From NCBI RefSeq assembly GCF_001194135.2, contig NC_068992.1, forward strand, positions 9,239,593 to 9,303,592: 64,000 nucleotides of DNA, given 5' to 3'. The stretch's first letter is position 1. Each line of letters begins with the position of its first letter. The notes below the pieces were generated by a model that did not search any database, was not told the origin of the DNA, and saw only the letters and a program-made list of their open reading frames with translations. This DNA is from Octopus bimaculoides. Its lineage: Eukaryota. The position numbers and the translations under genes were made by a program. Of the stretch, positions 1 through 15,116 are shown piece by piece.

Positions 1-76
1 TTTTGCTTTAATTAATTAAAAAAAAAAAGAAACCTACTTCATTATTTTCATAAGAAAAGATACGAGGAATTAGTAT

Positions 77-278
77 CTTCTTCTTCTTCTTCTTCTTCTT
101 CTTCTTCTTCTTCTTCTTCTTCTTCTTCTTCTTCTTCTCCTCCTCCTCCTCCTCCTCCTCCCCATCCCCTTCTTCTTCTTCTTCTTCTTCTTCTTCTTCT
201 TCTTCGTCGTCGTCTTCTTCTTCTTCTTCTTCTTCTTCTTCTTCTTCTTCTTCTTCTTCTTCTTCTTCTTCTTCTTCG
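77..278. repeat. (TTC)n/(TCC)n microsatellite
   Basis: Direct reading. Confidence 0.97.
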
Positions 279-2429
279 AATACGAACAACGAAGAGTTAA
301 TGCTTGATTCCTTATAATACTAATAATTCTCCAACGGGTAGGTAACTCTTGGTGAGTTAAAGAAAGCCTACTTATGCATGTGAAAACTGGATCCGGCGGA
401 CTCCGAGGAAGAAACCTTCATGAATTAACGAAGAGGAAGGTGGATTCAGCAGTATATTGTGGAGTATAGAGAGCAAAATAAGACAAGGAAGGCATCTTGA
501 TCATCCAGTGCATCCATCTCCGTCTCCAGTCGTCTTGACCTGGTCTTACAACTGGATTGAAGATAGTTACGGACGAGAGAACGAGGTTGGCGGTGCGTAG
601 CTCTTCTTCACTTTAAACAAAATCGTCACACAGGTCATCAGTCATCCTTAAGACTGACTAGATGGTTCTCGTCGTTCCGACAAACGAACATATATTAATT
701 CACATAAAAAGCAAAATTATAAAGGTATAAATATATAAGTATATGTTTGTTTCTGTTGTTGTTTTGCCTCTTTACATTCAGGTCTATTCTGATCATGTAG
801 ATTTACGATCAAAAACCCATTCTAGCTGTAACCTTGGATTGTTTCAGACAACGTGCCTGGGAATACATCATCGAATATACATTGTCCCAGCTTTTTATAG
901 ACAAAAGAGTGTGAAAGAAGAGAGACTTGACTGTTATTTTTTGCAATTAAAACGGCCACGTAGAGGATCTATTGTCGATTCCTCAAATAGCCTCTACAAA
1001 AATGAAGTTGCGATAATTGCAGCACATCATGCCTCAAATCAGATCTTTTGTTCAAAAGACTTTCTATTTAGAGAGAATACTCCTTGTTAACTGACTGAGT
1101 ATACACATCTGCACATGAAGGCAATAGAAACCATAAATCTTTTATGAAAAATGAAAATGTCAGTTATCTTTCTCCTCTTTTACTGATAACATCATCGCGT
1201 TAAATCTCGCAGTTTTACGTGCGTATAATAATTTAATATAAACCGGAAACGCATCAACACGCATTAAAACCTATCAGCAAAGAATTTGTCGGCAGTATTT
1301 TATAAACAAGAAAGACCAAATTTGTTTACTTTCAGAGATCTGTGGCTAGCAGGAGCTAAAGAGACACAATGAATTAAAAAAAATAGTGTCTCAAAGTCTC
1401 TTGTAGACACACAATGATTAAAATATTTACATTAAAATCTACCGGAAAGTGCTGAGAAGCAGTATGCTCTTCCTCATCATAATAAATGAAATATCAACAA
1501 CAAACAATTTCTTGCTTATCGTTCGTCACATTAGATCAATAGAATTGGAGTAGCGGATAACGCACCAGGTTTACAGTTATTTGCTTATATGCTTTCACGT
1601 TACTGACACTATATATAAAAGTGCAATAGCGACATGGATGAATACATTATTACTTTTGCCTGCAGATATGTCGGTTAATTGCTCACCAGACGGCGTATTG
1701 TTTCTATAGCAATCGTATTTCATATGTTAAACATACAGGGAAGGAAAAGAGAGAAACAAACACCAGTCGTGTGTGCAGTGCACGTTGAACGCCAGGTTTA
1801 TGGACAGGTAACAGATAGTCAAGATGATAACCTATATATANNNNNNNNNNNNNNNNNNNNNNNNNNNNNNNNNNNNNNNNNNNNNNNNNNNNNNNNNNNN
1901 NNNNNNNNNNNNNNNNNNNNNNNNNNNNNNNNNNNNNNNNNNNNNNNNNNNNNNNNNNNNNNNNNNNNNNNNNNNNNNNNNNNNNNNNNNNNNNNNNNNN
2001 NNNNNNNNNNNNNNNNNNNNNNNNNNNNNNNNNNNNNNNNNNNNNNNNNNNNNNNNNNNNNNNNNNNNNNNNNNNNNNNNNNNNNNNNNNNNNNNNNNNN
2101 NNNNNNNNNNNNNNNNNNNNNNNNNNNNNNNNNNNNNNNNNNNNNNNATATATATATATATATATATATAGGTATGTACATAGTGCATTTCAACGCATGC
2201 TTGTAAAGATATGCTAACTATACACTCATATATGTATGTCCAGTTATCAATTTAAACAATTTTCATGCATGTTATGTATACATGTATGTATGTCTGTTTG
2301 TATGTATGTATGTATGTGTGTATATGTGTGTATGCATGCATGTGTGTATGTGTGTTTGTATGTATGTGTGCATGTATATATATATACATACGTACACGAA
2401 CATTCACATACATACATACATACATACAT

Positions 2430-2469
<40 letters not shown>

Positions 2470-3221
2470 NNNNNNNNNNNNNNNNNNNNNNNNNNNNNNN
2501 NNNNNNNNNNNNNNNNNNNNNNNNNNNNNNNNNNNNNNNNNNNNNNNNNNNNNNNNNNNNNNNNNNNNNNNNNNNNNNNNNNNNNNNNNNNNNNNNNNNN
2601 NNNNNNNNNNNNNNNNNNNNNNNNNNNNNNNNNNNNNNNNNNNNNNNNNNNNNNNNNNNNNNNNNNNNNNNNNNNNNNNNNNNNNNNNNNNNNNNNNNNN
2701 NNNNNNNNNNNNNNNNNNNNNNNNNNNNNNNNNNNNNNNNNNNNNNNNNNNNNNNNNNNNNNNNNNNNNNNNNNNNNNNNNNNNNNNNNNNNNNNNNNNN
2801 NNNNNNNNNNNNNNNNNNNNNNNNNNNNNNNNNNNNNNNNNNNNNNNNNNNNNNNNNNNNNNNNNNNNNNNNNNNNNNNNNNNNNNNNNNNNNNNNNNNN
2901 NNNNNNNNNNNNNNNNNNNNNNNNNNNNNNNNNNNNNNNNNNNNNNNNNNNNNNNNNNNNNNNNNNNNNNNNNNNNNNNNNNNNNNNNNNNNNNNNNNNN
3001 NNNNNNNNNNNNNNNNNNNNNNNNNNNNNNNNNNNNNNNNNNNNNNNNNNNNNNNNNNNNNNNNNNNNNNNNNNNNNNNNNNNNNNNNNNNNNNNNNNNN
3101 NNNNNNNNNNNNNNNNNNNNNNNNNNNNNNNNNNNNNNNNNNNNNNNNNNNNNNNNNNNNNNNNNNNNNNNNNNNNNNNNNNNNNNNNNNNNNNNNNNNN
3201 NNNNNNNNNNNNNNNNNNNNN

Positions 3222-3286
<65 letters not shown>

Positions 3287-3812
3287 CTCAGATATCTATA
3301 TGAATGTATTTGCATGTATATTGATATATATGCATAATTAATAATATTTCTCTTGTACGTAACACGCATACACACACATACATACATATATACATACATA
3401 GATACATATATGCATACAAATATTTAAATTCATGCATACATACATAAATACATGCATACATATATACATATGTGTATGTGTATGAACATCTCTACGAACA
3501 TGTAAAAACACATCTGTATCAAATGCACCTATATAATAACATGCTACATTTGTACTTGGCCCGACTGCAAATATCAATAGAAAGAGATTGATTTTATAGA
3601 TGTTAAAATGGACGTCTTTTCACGGTCCACAACATCCCTACTATCGGAGAAAATATTCACCGTCTTTCAAACATATGTTCCTCCCTTCGCCTTCCTCTCT
3701 TTTTCTCTCACGCGCACACGTGTATAAGCATATATGGAGAATTCGGACACATATATGGAGAATTCGTACGTGAACGCATATTTAAGCAGATAAGGCAAAT
3801 TTGTAAGATGGC

Positions 3813-3866
<54 letters not shown>

Positions 3867-5167
3867 TTATCTATTTATCTATCTATCTATCTAAAGATAG
3901 TTATCTGATTATTTGTCTATGTTTGTGTCGATCTAAAGATACAAAGATAAATGGCTCAATTGTTATACATACATACATACATTCATGCATGTATGTATGT
4001 GTGCGCATGTATGTCTGTATGTATGTATGTATGTATGTATGTATGTATGTATCGAATATTGTTTTTGCTTATTTGTGATATAGAAATCCAAAAAATTATC
4101 GATTTCCCTTGTGATTGATAGATACGTTGACAGATGATAGAAATGTGTCGAATCTGATATATGTATGTAGCACAAAAATATTTATCTGGATCTTGTGATT
4201 TCGTGCAATCGAACTCATGGTCAACAAAGCTCATCACTGTGTCTAAGAAGAGAAACAGTTCTATGGAATTTACATACATGACGTTTATAGTATTATGAAT
4301 ATATATTTCGTATGCATCTTGGTTTATCTCATATAAGAATTGTTTAAATTAACGGGAAACGAATATCTTCCATGAGTTCGGGATATCCTTGTTTTTGTGA
4401 ATTGTAAGATTTACTATAATGAGACGTCAGTCAAAGTCAGTCGCATCGTAAAAAAAAAATATTAAAATGATGATAAAAGGATGAAAAACAAAATTAAATG
4501 AATCGATAAACTTGTTTTAATCTGATCTATGCGGATAAAGTGTCACGCATACACACACGCGCGCGCACCGGCGTACTCACGCTCACACACACACATGCAC
4601 ACATATGTGTGTGTAAAAATATAGTCACATATGCACATACACTTATATGATTGCATGTGTGTAGATATATTTGATAAATATTTGATTATTAAACGCGATG
4701 TATTCATATATATATATATTCATATATATANNNNNNNNNNNNNNNNNNNNNNNNNNNNNNNNNNNNNNNNNNNNNNNNNNNNNNNNNNNNNNNNNNNNNN
4801 NNNNNNNNNNNNNNNNNNNNNNNNNNNNNNNNNNNNNNNNNNNNNNNNNNNNNNNNNNNNNNNNNNNNNNNNNNNNNNNNNNNNNNNNNNNNNNNNNNNN
4901 NNNNNNNNNNNNNNNNNNNNNNNNNNNNNNNNNNNNNNNNNNNNNNNNNNNNNNNNNNNNNNNNNNNNNNNNNNNNNNNNNNNNNNNNNNNNNNNNNNNN
5001 NNNNNNNNNNNNNNNNNNNNNNNNNNNNNNNNNNNNNNNNNNNNNNNNNNNNNNNNNNNNNNNNNNNNNNNNNNNNNNNNNNNNNNNNNNNNNNNNNNNN
5101 NNNNNNNNNNNNNNNNNNNNNNNNNNNNNNNNNNNNNNNNNNNNNNNNNNNNNNNNNNNNNNNNNNN

Positions 5168-5210
<43 letters not shown>

Positions 5211-5821
5211 ACAACAAAATACATTTGGACATATGCACATACACAGATATACATGTATATATATTCATGCCCACTCGCCCCCATGCAAATGCACACATAT
5301 GCACGAATGCATATGCAGCTTTGCAAGCACAAACCATGCGTCTATATCTATATCTGTCTATCTGTATCTCTCCCCCACTCTCTCTATATATATGCATGTA
5401 TATATGTATCTATATATATATATATTACTTACATTCAAAAGTCTTTGTGTATTTACGTATTATTATTATTATTATTATTATTATCATTGATCTACATACA
5501 ACCTAGGAGAAATACGGACTTTGTTTTAATAATTATGAATAAATCATCACAAAGAAAATCAATAATAATAATATTAATAATAGTAATAATAGTAGTAATG
5601 ATTTGTGACTCAGGCACATTGCCATATATTTTATGGGAAGGAACATTCGATCGAAATCGATCACCTTATTTGACTGGTATTTGCTTTATCGATCATGGAA
5701 GGATGAAGTGCAGAATAGAACTCGGCAGGATTTAAACTCAGAGCCTAAAGGGATCTAACAAAATACCACAAGGTATTTGCTTCGATGCTCTGTCAACTCT
5801 GCTATCCACGGTTTAACTAAT

Positions 5822-6412
<591 letters not shown>

Positions 6413-7577
6413 AATGCTTTCCGATTTGGGCACAAGGCCAGTAAATATGATGTGAAGGTTAAATCGATACCATCGACCTCAGTACATGACCGAAATTTTA
6501 TTTTACCGACCCCAAAAGGATGAAGGGGAAAGTCATTCTCGGCAGGATTTGAACTCAGAACGTAAAGAGTTGAAAGATATATCTCAATGCATTTTATCGA
6601 CTCTTTAACAAATCCATCAGTTCACCGTCCTTAAATAACACTTTCTGATTTAGGCACATGGCCAGCAATTTTAATGGGAGGGTTTCAATCGATTACATTG
6701 ATCCCAGTACGTCATTTATTTTATCGACCCAGAAAGGATGAGAGGCAAAATTGATCTTTTTCGTGAATCTGAATTCGGAATGTAAAGAACCGGAAGAAAG
6801 GCATTTCCCCGACAATTTAACGATTCTGCTAATCTGCCTACTTGGCTTCAGATGAAGATATTCCAAAATGACGGAGTAATGTAACTAATTAGTTTGTAGT
6901 CATTTCCACTTTAATTGAATTTAAGAAATGAAAAAGAACGCGAGAAGGAAAGAGGTAAAATGAAGGTACCGACAAGAAATTGATAAAAAAACAGGTGAAG
7001 ACGAATATGGAGAATAAATGGAAGAGGAAGAAGAATGTTAAAGCCGAGAGCAGAAAAAAAAAAGAGTACGCTTAGGGATTTTGTTTTTGTATGTGAGCAG
7101 GAGAGAAACAGTTTAATGGAATGAAGGAATAATGTAAACGATGGTGAGGGACGTCTTCTTGAATGGATGACGTAGAATGTATGAGGTTAAACTTGACCTG
7201 TGCAATAAATACTCTTTTTACTTTCTCAGAAGTGATACATCAATTGTAGTACATTTCAACCATGGCCACCTCCGAAGAAAAAAAAATATGGATTTTTCTT
7301 TTTAAATATTTTTAGAGGGACTGATGGGGAAGGACACAGTCATTGAAATCGATTCCTTACTTCAGTGACTGGTTCTTATTTTTAATAAGGAAACGGAAAG
7401 TTTACTTCAGGGATTTTTTTTTGTTTTGTTTTAAAGTAGTAATGTTTGATATGAAATGAATAAAAATAAGAAAAAAATATTTTTTAAAAAAGGAACAAAT
7501 AATGATTTATAATATAGGCAAAAAGGCCGTACATATTGAAAAAGAAAGGAAAAGTCGATTTAATCGACCGCAGTACT

Positions 7578-7623
<46 letters not shown>

Positions 7624-8762
7624 TAATAATAATTATAATAATAATAACAGCAACAACAATAATATTAATGATAATAGAGTAATAATAGAAAAACATGACC
7701 CTTTGTTTTTAGTTTTGTATTGTATTGTATTTGTATTTTTATGGTATTGTTCTTTTTAGTTTTTCCTCTTTTTTTGTTTTGTTTTGTTTTTAACTTATTA
7801 AGCGATTGCAAAATNNNNNNNNNNNNNNNNNNNNNNNNNNNNNNNNNNNNNNNNNNNNNNNNNNNNNNNNNNNNNNNNNNNNNNNNNNNNNNNNNNNNNN
7901 NNNNNNNNNNNNNNNNNNNNNNNNNNNNNNNNNNNNNNNNNNNNNNNNNNNNNNNNNNNNNNNNNNNNNNNNNNNNNNNNNNNNNNNNNNNNNNNNNNNN
8001 NNNNNNNNNNNNNNNNNNNNNNNNNNNNNNNNNNNNNNNNNNNNNNNNNNNNNNNNNNNNNNNNNNNNNNNNNNNNNNNNNNNNNNNNNNNNNNNNNNNN
8101 NNNNNNNNNNNNNNNNNNNNNNNNNNNNNNNNNNNNNNNNNNNNNNNNNNNNNNNNNATATATATGTATAATATATATATATAACATTTTGTTTTTTTTA
8201 TATCTTTGCTCTTCATTTTATTTTCGTTTCTCCATTTCGCTTTCCCAGTACCTCGTCTGGTTACTTTACTTTACTTTCTTCAATTCTTACCGTCAGCTTA
8301 TTATTTTCTTATGTCTCTTCCATTCTTTTCTACTTTCTTTCATTCTTTCTTTTCTTTTCTTTTCTTTTCTTTCCTAGCTTTCGTTCTTTCTTTCTTTCTT
8401 TCTTTCTTCCTTTTTATTTCCTCTTTTCTTCTTTCTGCTTTCTTTATTGAACTGAATTGAATAAAAATCGAACTTCGAGTGGTATTTTTTTTTATTATCG
8501 GAAATTTCTGTGACTGGCCGTATTTGTCTTTAGTTATGTTTGTTTGTTTTTTTCTTTAGTAGCTGCCCGCAGGAGACACTTCTGTGCCTGAGCCAAGTAG
8601 TGGGGGCGCACCGTTGCTAGGCACCATAGTATTGAGGCGTTCGGCTCCGATCTGAAAAGAAAAGAGTAAACAAGATAAAACCACAATTACAAACATGGAA
8701 AATAATAATTATATAAAGAAAAAAAACAAAAACAAAATAAAACTGATCAAAACAAAACACAA

Positions 8763-8821
<59 letters not shown>

Positions 8822-9852
8822 TTACTTGTGGTGGTAGTGGTAGTGGTGACGTTAAGAGCAGTGACAGTAGCTACACGAGGATGTTTTTCTACTATAAACA
8901 CGAGGCTTAAAATTTGTTTTGGCGGGGGGATTGGGTGGGGTAGTGAATTACATCCACCTTGGTACACAACTGGTGCTTATTTTATCGATCCCGAATAGAT
9001 GAAAGTCTAAGTCGACCTCAGCGGAATTTGAACTCAGATCGTAATGTCTGGTGAGTGATATATATCAAGCACTCAAGAATTGAATGAATATCATCAGGCT
9101 AAACTCAAACACTCAAACGTAAAAAGCAAAAAAAAAAAAGAAAAAAAAAGAACAAACAAACAAACAAACACATTTACTCTTAGTCAAGCAAAACTGAGAT
9201 AACACCGAAAAGGTTTCGAAATAATAACATGAAAACACGTGAGTAGAATTCTCAAATAAAAGTTAATTACAAGTGAACAACTTGGAAACCAGTTGTGAAT
9301 GACAATAAAAGAATTAATAAAAAAGAACTAAATAAAAGGATAACTGTAAATAAAATTGACGAAGGTTCTTTCCCAAGGATAGATGGATACATTCTATTGA
9401 AAAATTTGGGTTGAGATCTACATTAAACAAGACGATGTATAATTTAACAATATCAGAGTTGAATACCGTCCTGCTATTATACCTGAGGCATATGAAATTA
9501 ATGGCAATATCGGTATTGAAAAAAAAAGTACTTGTTCAAAACATTAAATACCTTGTTAATTGTCGTAAACACCTCGTTAACATCGTCGACATCTTGTTAA
9601 AATCATAAACATCTTGTAAACTGTACAAACAAGCTAAGAGTGGTCGGCATTAGCAGGCAGACAGGTAATAGCAAAGAGCGAGGTCACTATCTCGGCTAAA
9701 AAATAACGACCAGTTGTATGTTTGAATCTTATGCACAGACTGTGCAGTTGCTTGAATTTTCTTTCATGAGCCACTACAAACTCGATAATGTTTTAAAAGG
9801 AGATCAAATAGCTTAAATGAAAAAGAGTTTAAGGTATGTTATGCAAAACATG

Positions 9853-9941
<89 letters not shown>
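9853..9941. repeat. (ATCT)n tetranucleotide microsatellite
   Basis: Direct reading. Also at 3815-3892, 19030-19084, 20830-20918 and 58972-59072. Confidence 0.97.
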
Positions 9942-9942
<1 letters not shown>

Positions 9943-10746
9943 GTACCTGTCTGTCTGTGTGAGTGTCTGTCTGTCTATAGTTTTCATGAAGCAGTGACTG
10001 ATATATGTTTTAAATATTATTTTAAATCTCAAAACAACGCAAGTTCTTCAAATTAATAATGCAGATCGATGGTTATTATTATTACCTGATATTTCAATAA
10101 CAGGTTAGAACTCCTTTTTTCGGGAAATTTATGGAGAAAAGGTGTTGATACTAGTAAAAATTAAGTTGTTTTGATTGATCATGTCTTTTTGTGTATTTTA
10201 ATTTAAACGGTTGCTATTAATTAAGGAAATAAATATTGAGTCCACTTCATTGACGAGCATCGTAAGCTAAAACGGTTTATATTGTGAGAAAGAGCGATAT
10301 TAATTGAATACGTTGCTTTCTCGTTGTTATTATGTTCACTAGAGAAGCCTATGAAATTTCCACGGGTTTCGTTAGTTGTATATGATTATATAAACGAAAG
10401 ATAATAATCAATAGATATCAATGCCTATCTATTGATTTGCTGGAAGCTGAAGGCTTTCTCCTTCGCTGTTTAAAGTTCTCGTTAGATCTCCATGACTATA
10501 TAACAAGCTTAAAAGTCACTTGTTGTGCACAGATGCTGTGTACGTGCGTGAATGTGCATCAACCTGATCATTGCTGCATCTCTTGAATACATCGTCTTCA
10601 TTCCGTTTATCGAGGCCAAGTCCATATCCTCTTAATAGATGCAGTCAAAGAAGCATGAGCTACATAACGAAACGTCCGTTGACTATGTAGTGCTTCTCGT
10701 TATTTAAAACAGTTGCTGATATTCGTTCATATTTCTGATAGATAGC

Positions 10747-10964
10747 TTAATCCTTTAGCATCCAAATTACTTTGTCAAATTTAATGCTTATTTATTCAAA
10801 TTGTTTTGAATTAATCGTGCAGTTTCGGTATTTCGATGATGTGATTGTTTATTTTTAGAATGACATTGTAGGATAGGTGTAAAAGATAGGATATGACTTA
10901 TTTCAAAATAAAACAGGTAGAATATTTGGGTTAGACATGGCCAGTTTAAATGCTAAGGGGTTAA
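10747..10964. mobile_element. piggyBac-type non-autonomous element (MITE), 210 bp, TTAA target duplication
   Basis: TTAA(10747-50) tcctttagcat ... atgctaagggg TTAA(10961-64). The 11-bp terminal inverted repeats match at 9/11 and there is no coding capacity. Confidence 0.75.
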
Positions 10965-13712
10965 AACCTCGAGACATATTTGTGTTTGTTATTGGAAGCG
11001 TTGGCATTAAGAATGAGGATAGGAAACAGGAAAATGTGTTCATAAAAGTTTGAAGAATATTAGAAGCTTGAGGAAAAAGTGCCTTCCTATGGAATCAAAC
11101 CAGTTGTCAGGTTTAGGCTTTTTCAGTAATTACATTTGCGACATTAACTTTACTCGAAGCTACGTGACTTAATTATACAGAAGAATCCAAGCAAGAAATT
11201 TGCATTTGATAGGAGAATATTTCGTGGTAGCACTGCATCTTAAGGGCAGGACCACATTCATTGAGTGACTTGGCTTTAAGCGGTAATCAAAACGGCTTGT
11301 AGAAACGGAGGATCGTGATGTTTGTTCTACAACATTCTTGAAAATAAATTATATATTTCTTTTGACCAAGCACCATCTTGAGACAAATTTCAAGCTGAAA
11401 TCAGTGAATAAACCAGCAATGAATAAACCAGTAGTCGATGATTGCAACAATAAAAGCGAGGAATTCAACAATCAAAACTCGTAGGTTAGTTCCTAATATA
11501 GGGTTGAAGTCTAGGATTTATAGGAAGCGATGAAATATAAGGCATTGCAAAGCTGAACCTTTCCATAGACATTGTAAATAATAAATATCTTTATGAATGA
11601 CAAAAGAGTCATATGGTCACTGAGTAGGCAGGTATCCAGTAATAACTGGGGAAAGACCGACATTCATAGTTCTCTCTCTCCTTCTCCCCCCCCCCCCCNN
11701 NNNNNNNNCCTCGTATAATACATAAAATCAATCGCGAGCTCCAAACCTAGAAATGTTGGCACATAATGTCAACGACTAACTGAATTGTGGTCTCCAGAAT
11801 TTAGTGTTCGACACAGTTATAACGAAACACAATTGAAATCTGTACTTCTCTAGTGAATCATATTCAATCTACATCACTTTACCGTATTTACTGATATCAA
11901 ATAAATTTATTAGATTCACAACATCAATATAATACGTGGGCAGAATATACAGGATACATTTAATTTCGTTTCTCGTTCTAGGTTCGCAATTCAAATTTCA
12001 CTGCAATTGAATTTAACTTTAATCTGTCCTGTTTCAATAAAAAAGATATTGGGAGTACACTGAAGCTAATATAGAGTTTATACACTTCCCTTAAAAATTA
12101 CTATCCATGCACCACTGTCAAACCTCAATATAATTTTAAACATTGAAAAAGTTTTGAGCGTAAGAGTGTAAGGCATAAGTAAGGCAGGGAACCGAGTTCT
12201 CGACCTGGATTCTATTCATGATTGAACTCTTTCATTTCTTCATTTCTTTCTCTTGCTCGCTGCTAAACTTCTTAAAGGAAAACAAAACAGTAACAATATT
12301 CTATTTCTTTTTCTTTTGTCCTTAGACGATAGAAATCAATAAATTCCAAATATAAGGCGAACACCGTAGAATGGAAGCTAATCTTTAAGAGCCATTACTT
12401 TGATTCTCTTACGATACTAATATCTTTGACAGAGGCATTAATGTCACACAGTATCGGTTCTCCCTCTCTTAATAAATCGGTGACCTTGTGCTTATGGAAG
12501 AAATCGATATAACCTCTCGTTGATTTTATAATCATATGCTTTACGGTGAAATCTAATTTATTGCTGCAATTTAGATGCTTTACGAGCATATAAACATTTA
12601 TGGTAATCTATACTTCTATTATTACATAACATTCTTTGTGTGAAAATGTTGCATTTTAAAGCAATCTAATTTATCTTTCTTTTGCAATAAACTAAAAATT
12701 TACAGCACTCCATGTTTTGACAACAACGGAAAGTTTGTGCAGTAAGCTAACGTTTATATCTAGCTTTGAATTTTATAGCATAGATATATAGATGTCAACA
12801 CAGATTCACGTATTTACGTTCTAGTTGTTTATGGATAGCTGACGTTTTTGATCTCAAGTTTTTCGACGGCACAATTTTCTGTATTTATATCTTAACCACA
12901 CCTCTTACATTTCAAATTAAAATTGACATCAATATAACAAGGTAATGGAACTAAGAACATTTTCATGCTATCCAGGAGTAAATAATGTTTCGAAGGTCAT
13001 AGATTTCGTTGTGGTTGCTTCACTAAACGCTTCGTTTCAATCTAATGCATCAATGCCAAGCCAGTTTGGTTGAGGTTGTACTCCATCAGTTAATTCTGAC
13101 AAAATGAGATGTTCTTCGCACTGTAAACTAGAGAAATGCTCATCAGTTATACTGTGATTTTACTGTTGTGATAGGTTAGTAGGGTGTCCTTGTTTGTGAT
13201 AATTCTGAATTCATTATTCGAAGTCAGCAACCGGTTTCGTTCATTTCAGGTTAACGCCATCACAGGTACAATGCTGCAAGTATCTCTTGCTTTAGTACCA
13301 TCGTCAATGAAGGGAAAATCCAAAAAGAAAGGGACGAATGAGAATCAGTTTTCTAGTCTAAGGTCATGCTGTATAGCATCATTGCTGCACGAAATCCTGT
13401 CAAAAGCACAGAAGGTACAGAAAAAAAATACACCCGAGCAAAATCGTACGAACAGACACACTTCCTCAATGTGGTTATCATGAATTTCAGTTTCAGAATT
13501 CTCTCCCCTTCCTTTCAAGAATTGTCATAACGCTAGTAGATTTTTTTTTCTCTTTACAGATGTAATTTCAATTGAATACATATATGTATATTACTTTTGG
13601 TTCACTATAGTTAATATCTTAGACTACGCTTAACTATGAAATCAAATATAGACGAAAATATATTATAGAATCTTAAGTAAATATATTTTGGACACACACA
13701 GACACACACCCA

Positions 13713-13756
<44 letters not shown>

Positions 13757-13766
13757 NNNNNNNNNN

Positions 13767-13808
<42 letters not shown>

Positions 13809-15053
13809 AAAATACAATAAAAGAGAATCAGTTTGGGAAATGTAAATAAAACAATTGAAAATACGAAAAATATAACCAAAATAAATACTAAAACATAGAA
13901 AGTCTTATTCTTGGAAAGGCTACCAAGAGAAATACGACTACAGGACACCTTCAGAAGTATACAAAATCGAACAATATATAAGAAATTTGAAGATATTACA
14001 AGCCGGAGGGGAAACTTCTAGAAGTGTCTTATCTTTCTTTAGAAGAAAGGAGATCGTTTTCAATAAGAATTTAAATGGAAAATTATAATCAGAAAAATAA
14101 TAGTGTAAAAGAAAGCAATCTTTGAGATCCTAAATCATGAACAGTTTGATGATATAAGCAGATTGATTCAGAATTTTAATGCACCAACCACATTTATTTC
14201 AAGAGAATCTCAACATAAATTTTGAAAGACCAAATTGAAAGACTACTGAATTCAGAAACATTCAAAATAGAAAAATAAAACAAAGTAGGAGACAGTGCAT
14301 AATAGAAACTACATCTGACTAGTTCGTGAGATCAGGGACAACAGAATGGAGGTAAGGTATTAGAAAAGCCAAAGTAAACATTAAAAAGAATGCAATATGG
14401 CATTAGAGAGATATCATGCACAACAGAAAAGCCATTTAGAGATCCCGGTTGACAAAAAAAAAAAAATGAATAAAGAAAAAAAGATGTGAAAATATGAATA
14501 TCGCCAATAAATAAATAAATAAATATAAATAAGGTTCTTTCTAGCCTGTCAGAAATTAAATAATAGAAAAAAAAATGAAATAAAAGACACATCATCAGGA
14601 AATGAGTAAGTATAGTTTATGAAACAACCTCCTTTAATCTCTATTTCCATATCGTACAGTAATACACACTGAGCAGTTCCAGTGGAATTCGGACGGTTCA
14701 GTAACGTATGAAATTTCCTTGTGAGAAGAGGTTGTTAGTTCCTCGATTAGCTCCCGTTTTGGAGTGAGTCCTCCAACGATCCTTGTCATGGTGCAATGTA
14801 GTTGATTTAGAGAGAGAGTGTGTTGTGTCGACGCCCACAAGCGAAGAAGTAGGATCGCCCAAGACATATAAATAAAGGTAGTCTGGTCGTGGTAGGAGTT
14901 GAGTGACTGTTGAGTAGCCGTCGTGTAGCGGTTGAGTAGAGATCATCTGAAGGTGCTAGATAGCAGTAGCTTGAGACATAACAGAGAGAAAGAAAGAGAG
15001 ANNNNNNNNNNCTGAAGGTGCTAGATAGCAGTAGCTTGAGACATAACAGAGAG

Positions 15054-15116
<63 letters not shown>

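Noticed and set aside
8-289. Poly-E/poly-K ORF, and the many IY/TH/CV/N/I/Y-repeat or X-filled ORFs throughout the track
   Set aside because: They are translations of microsatellites or read-throughs of N gaps, with no real coding signal.
10520-10640. Minus-strand frame GYGLGLDKRNEDDVFKR resembling a neuropeptide precursor
   Set aside because: About 40 codons bounded by stops, weak splice signals, and no signal peptide or repeated peptide.
12400-12800. Possible decayed gag-like knuckle (CFKMQHFHTKNV) of an I/Nimb LINE ORF1 on the minus strand
   Set aside because: It needs several substitutions and indels and has no corroborating ORF2; too weak without a profile search.
13095-13150. Other CUGANGA hits (13140 minus, 43513 minus, 44598 minus, 15646 plus, 635 minus)
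   Set aside because: Each lacks GAAA, a closable helix II or helix I pairing.
13800-14450. A-rich strand-biased blocks (also 23050-23700 minus) resembling 5' halves of R4-like LINEs
   Set aside because: Probably LINE debris, but I could not read a diagnostic motif, so they are not called.
14620-14983. GC-richer block ending ...CATAACA, suggestive of a solo LTR
   Set aside because: No matching TG start with a target-site duplication, no second copy and no PBS/PPT.
14947-15066. Perfect 55-bp direct repeat (14947-15001 and 15012-15066)
   Set aside because: The copies flank a 10-N gap next to (GA)n, so this is most likely an unmerged contig overlap.
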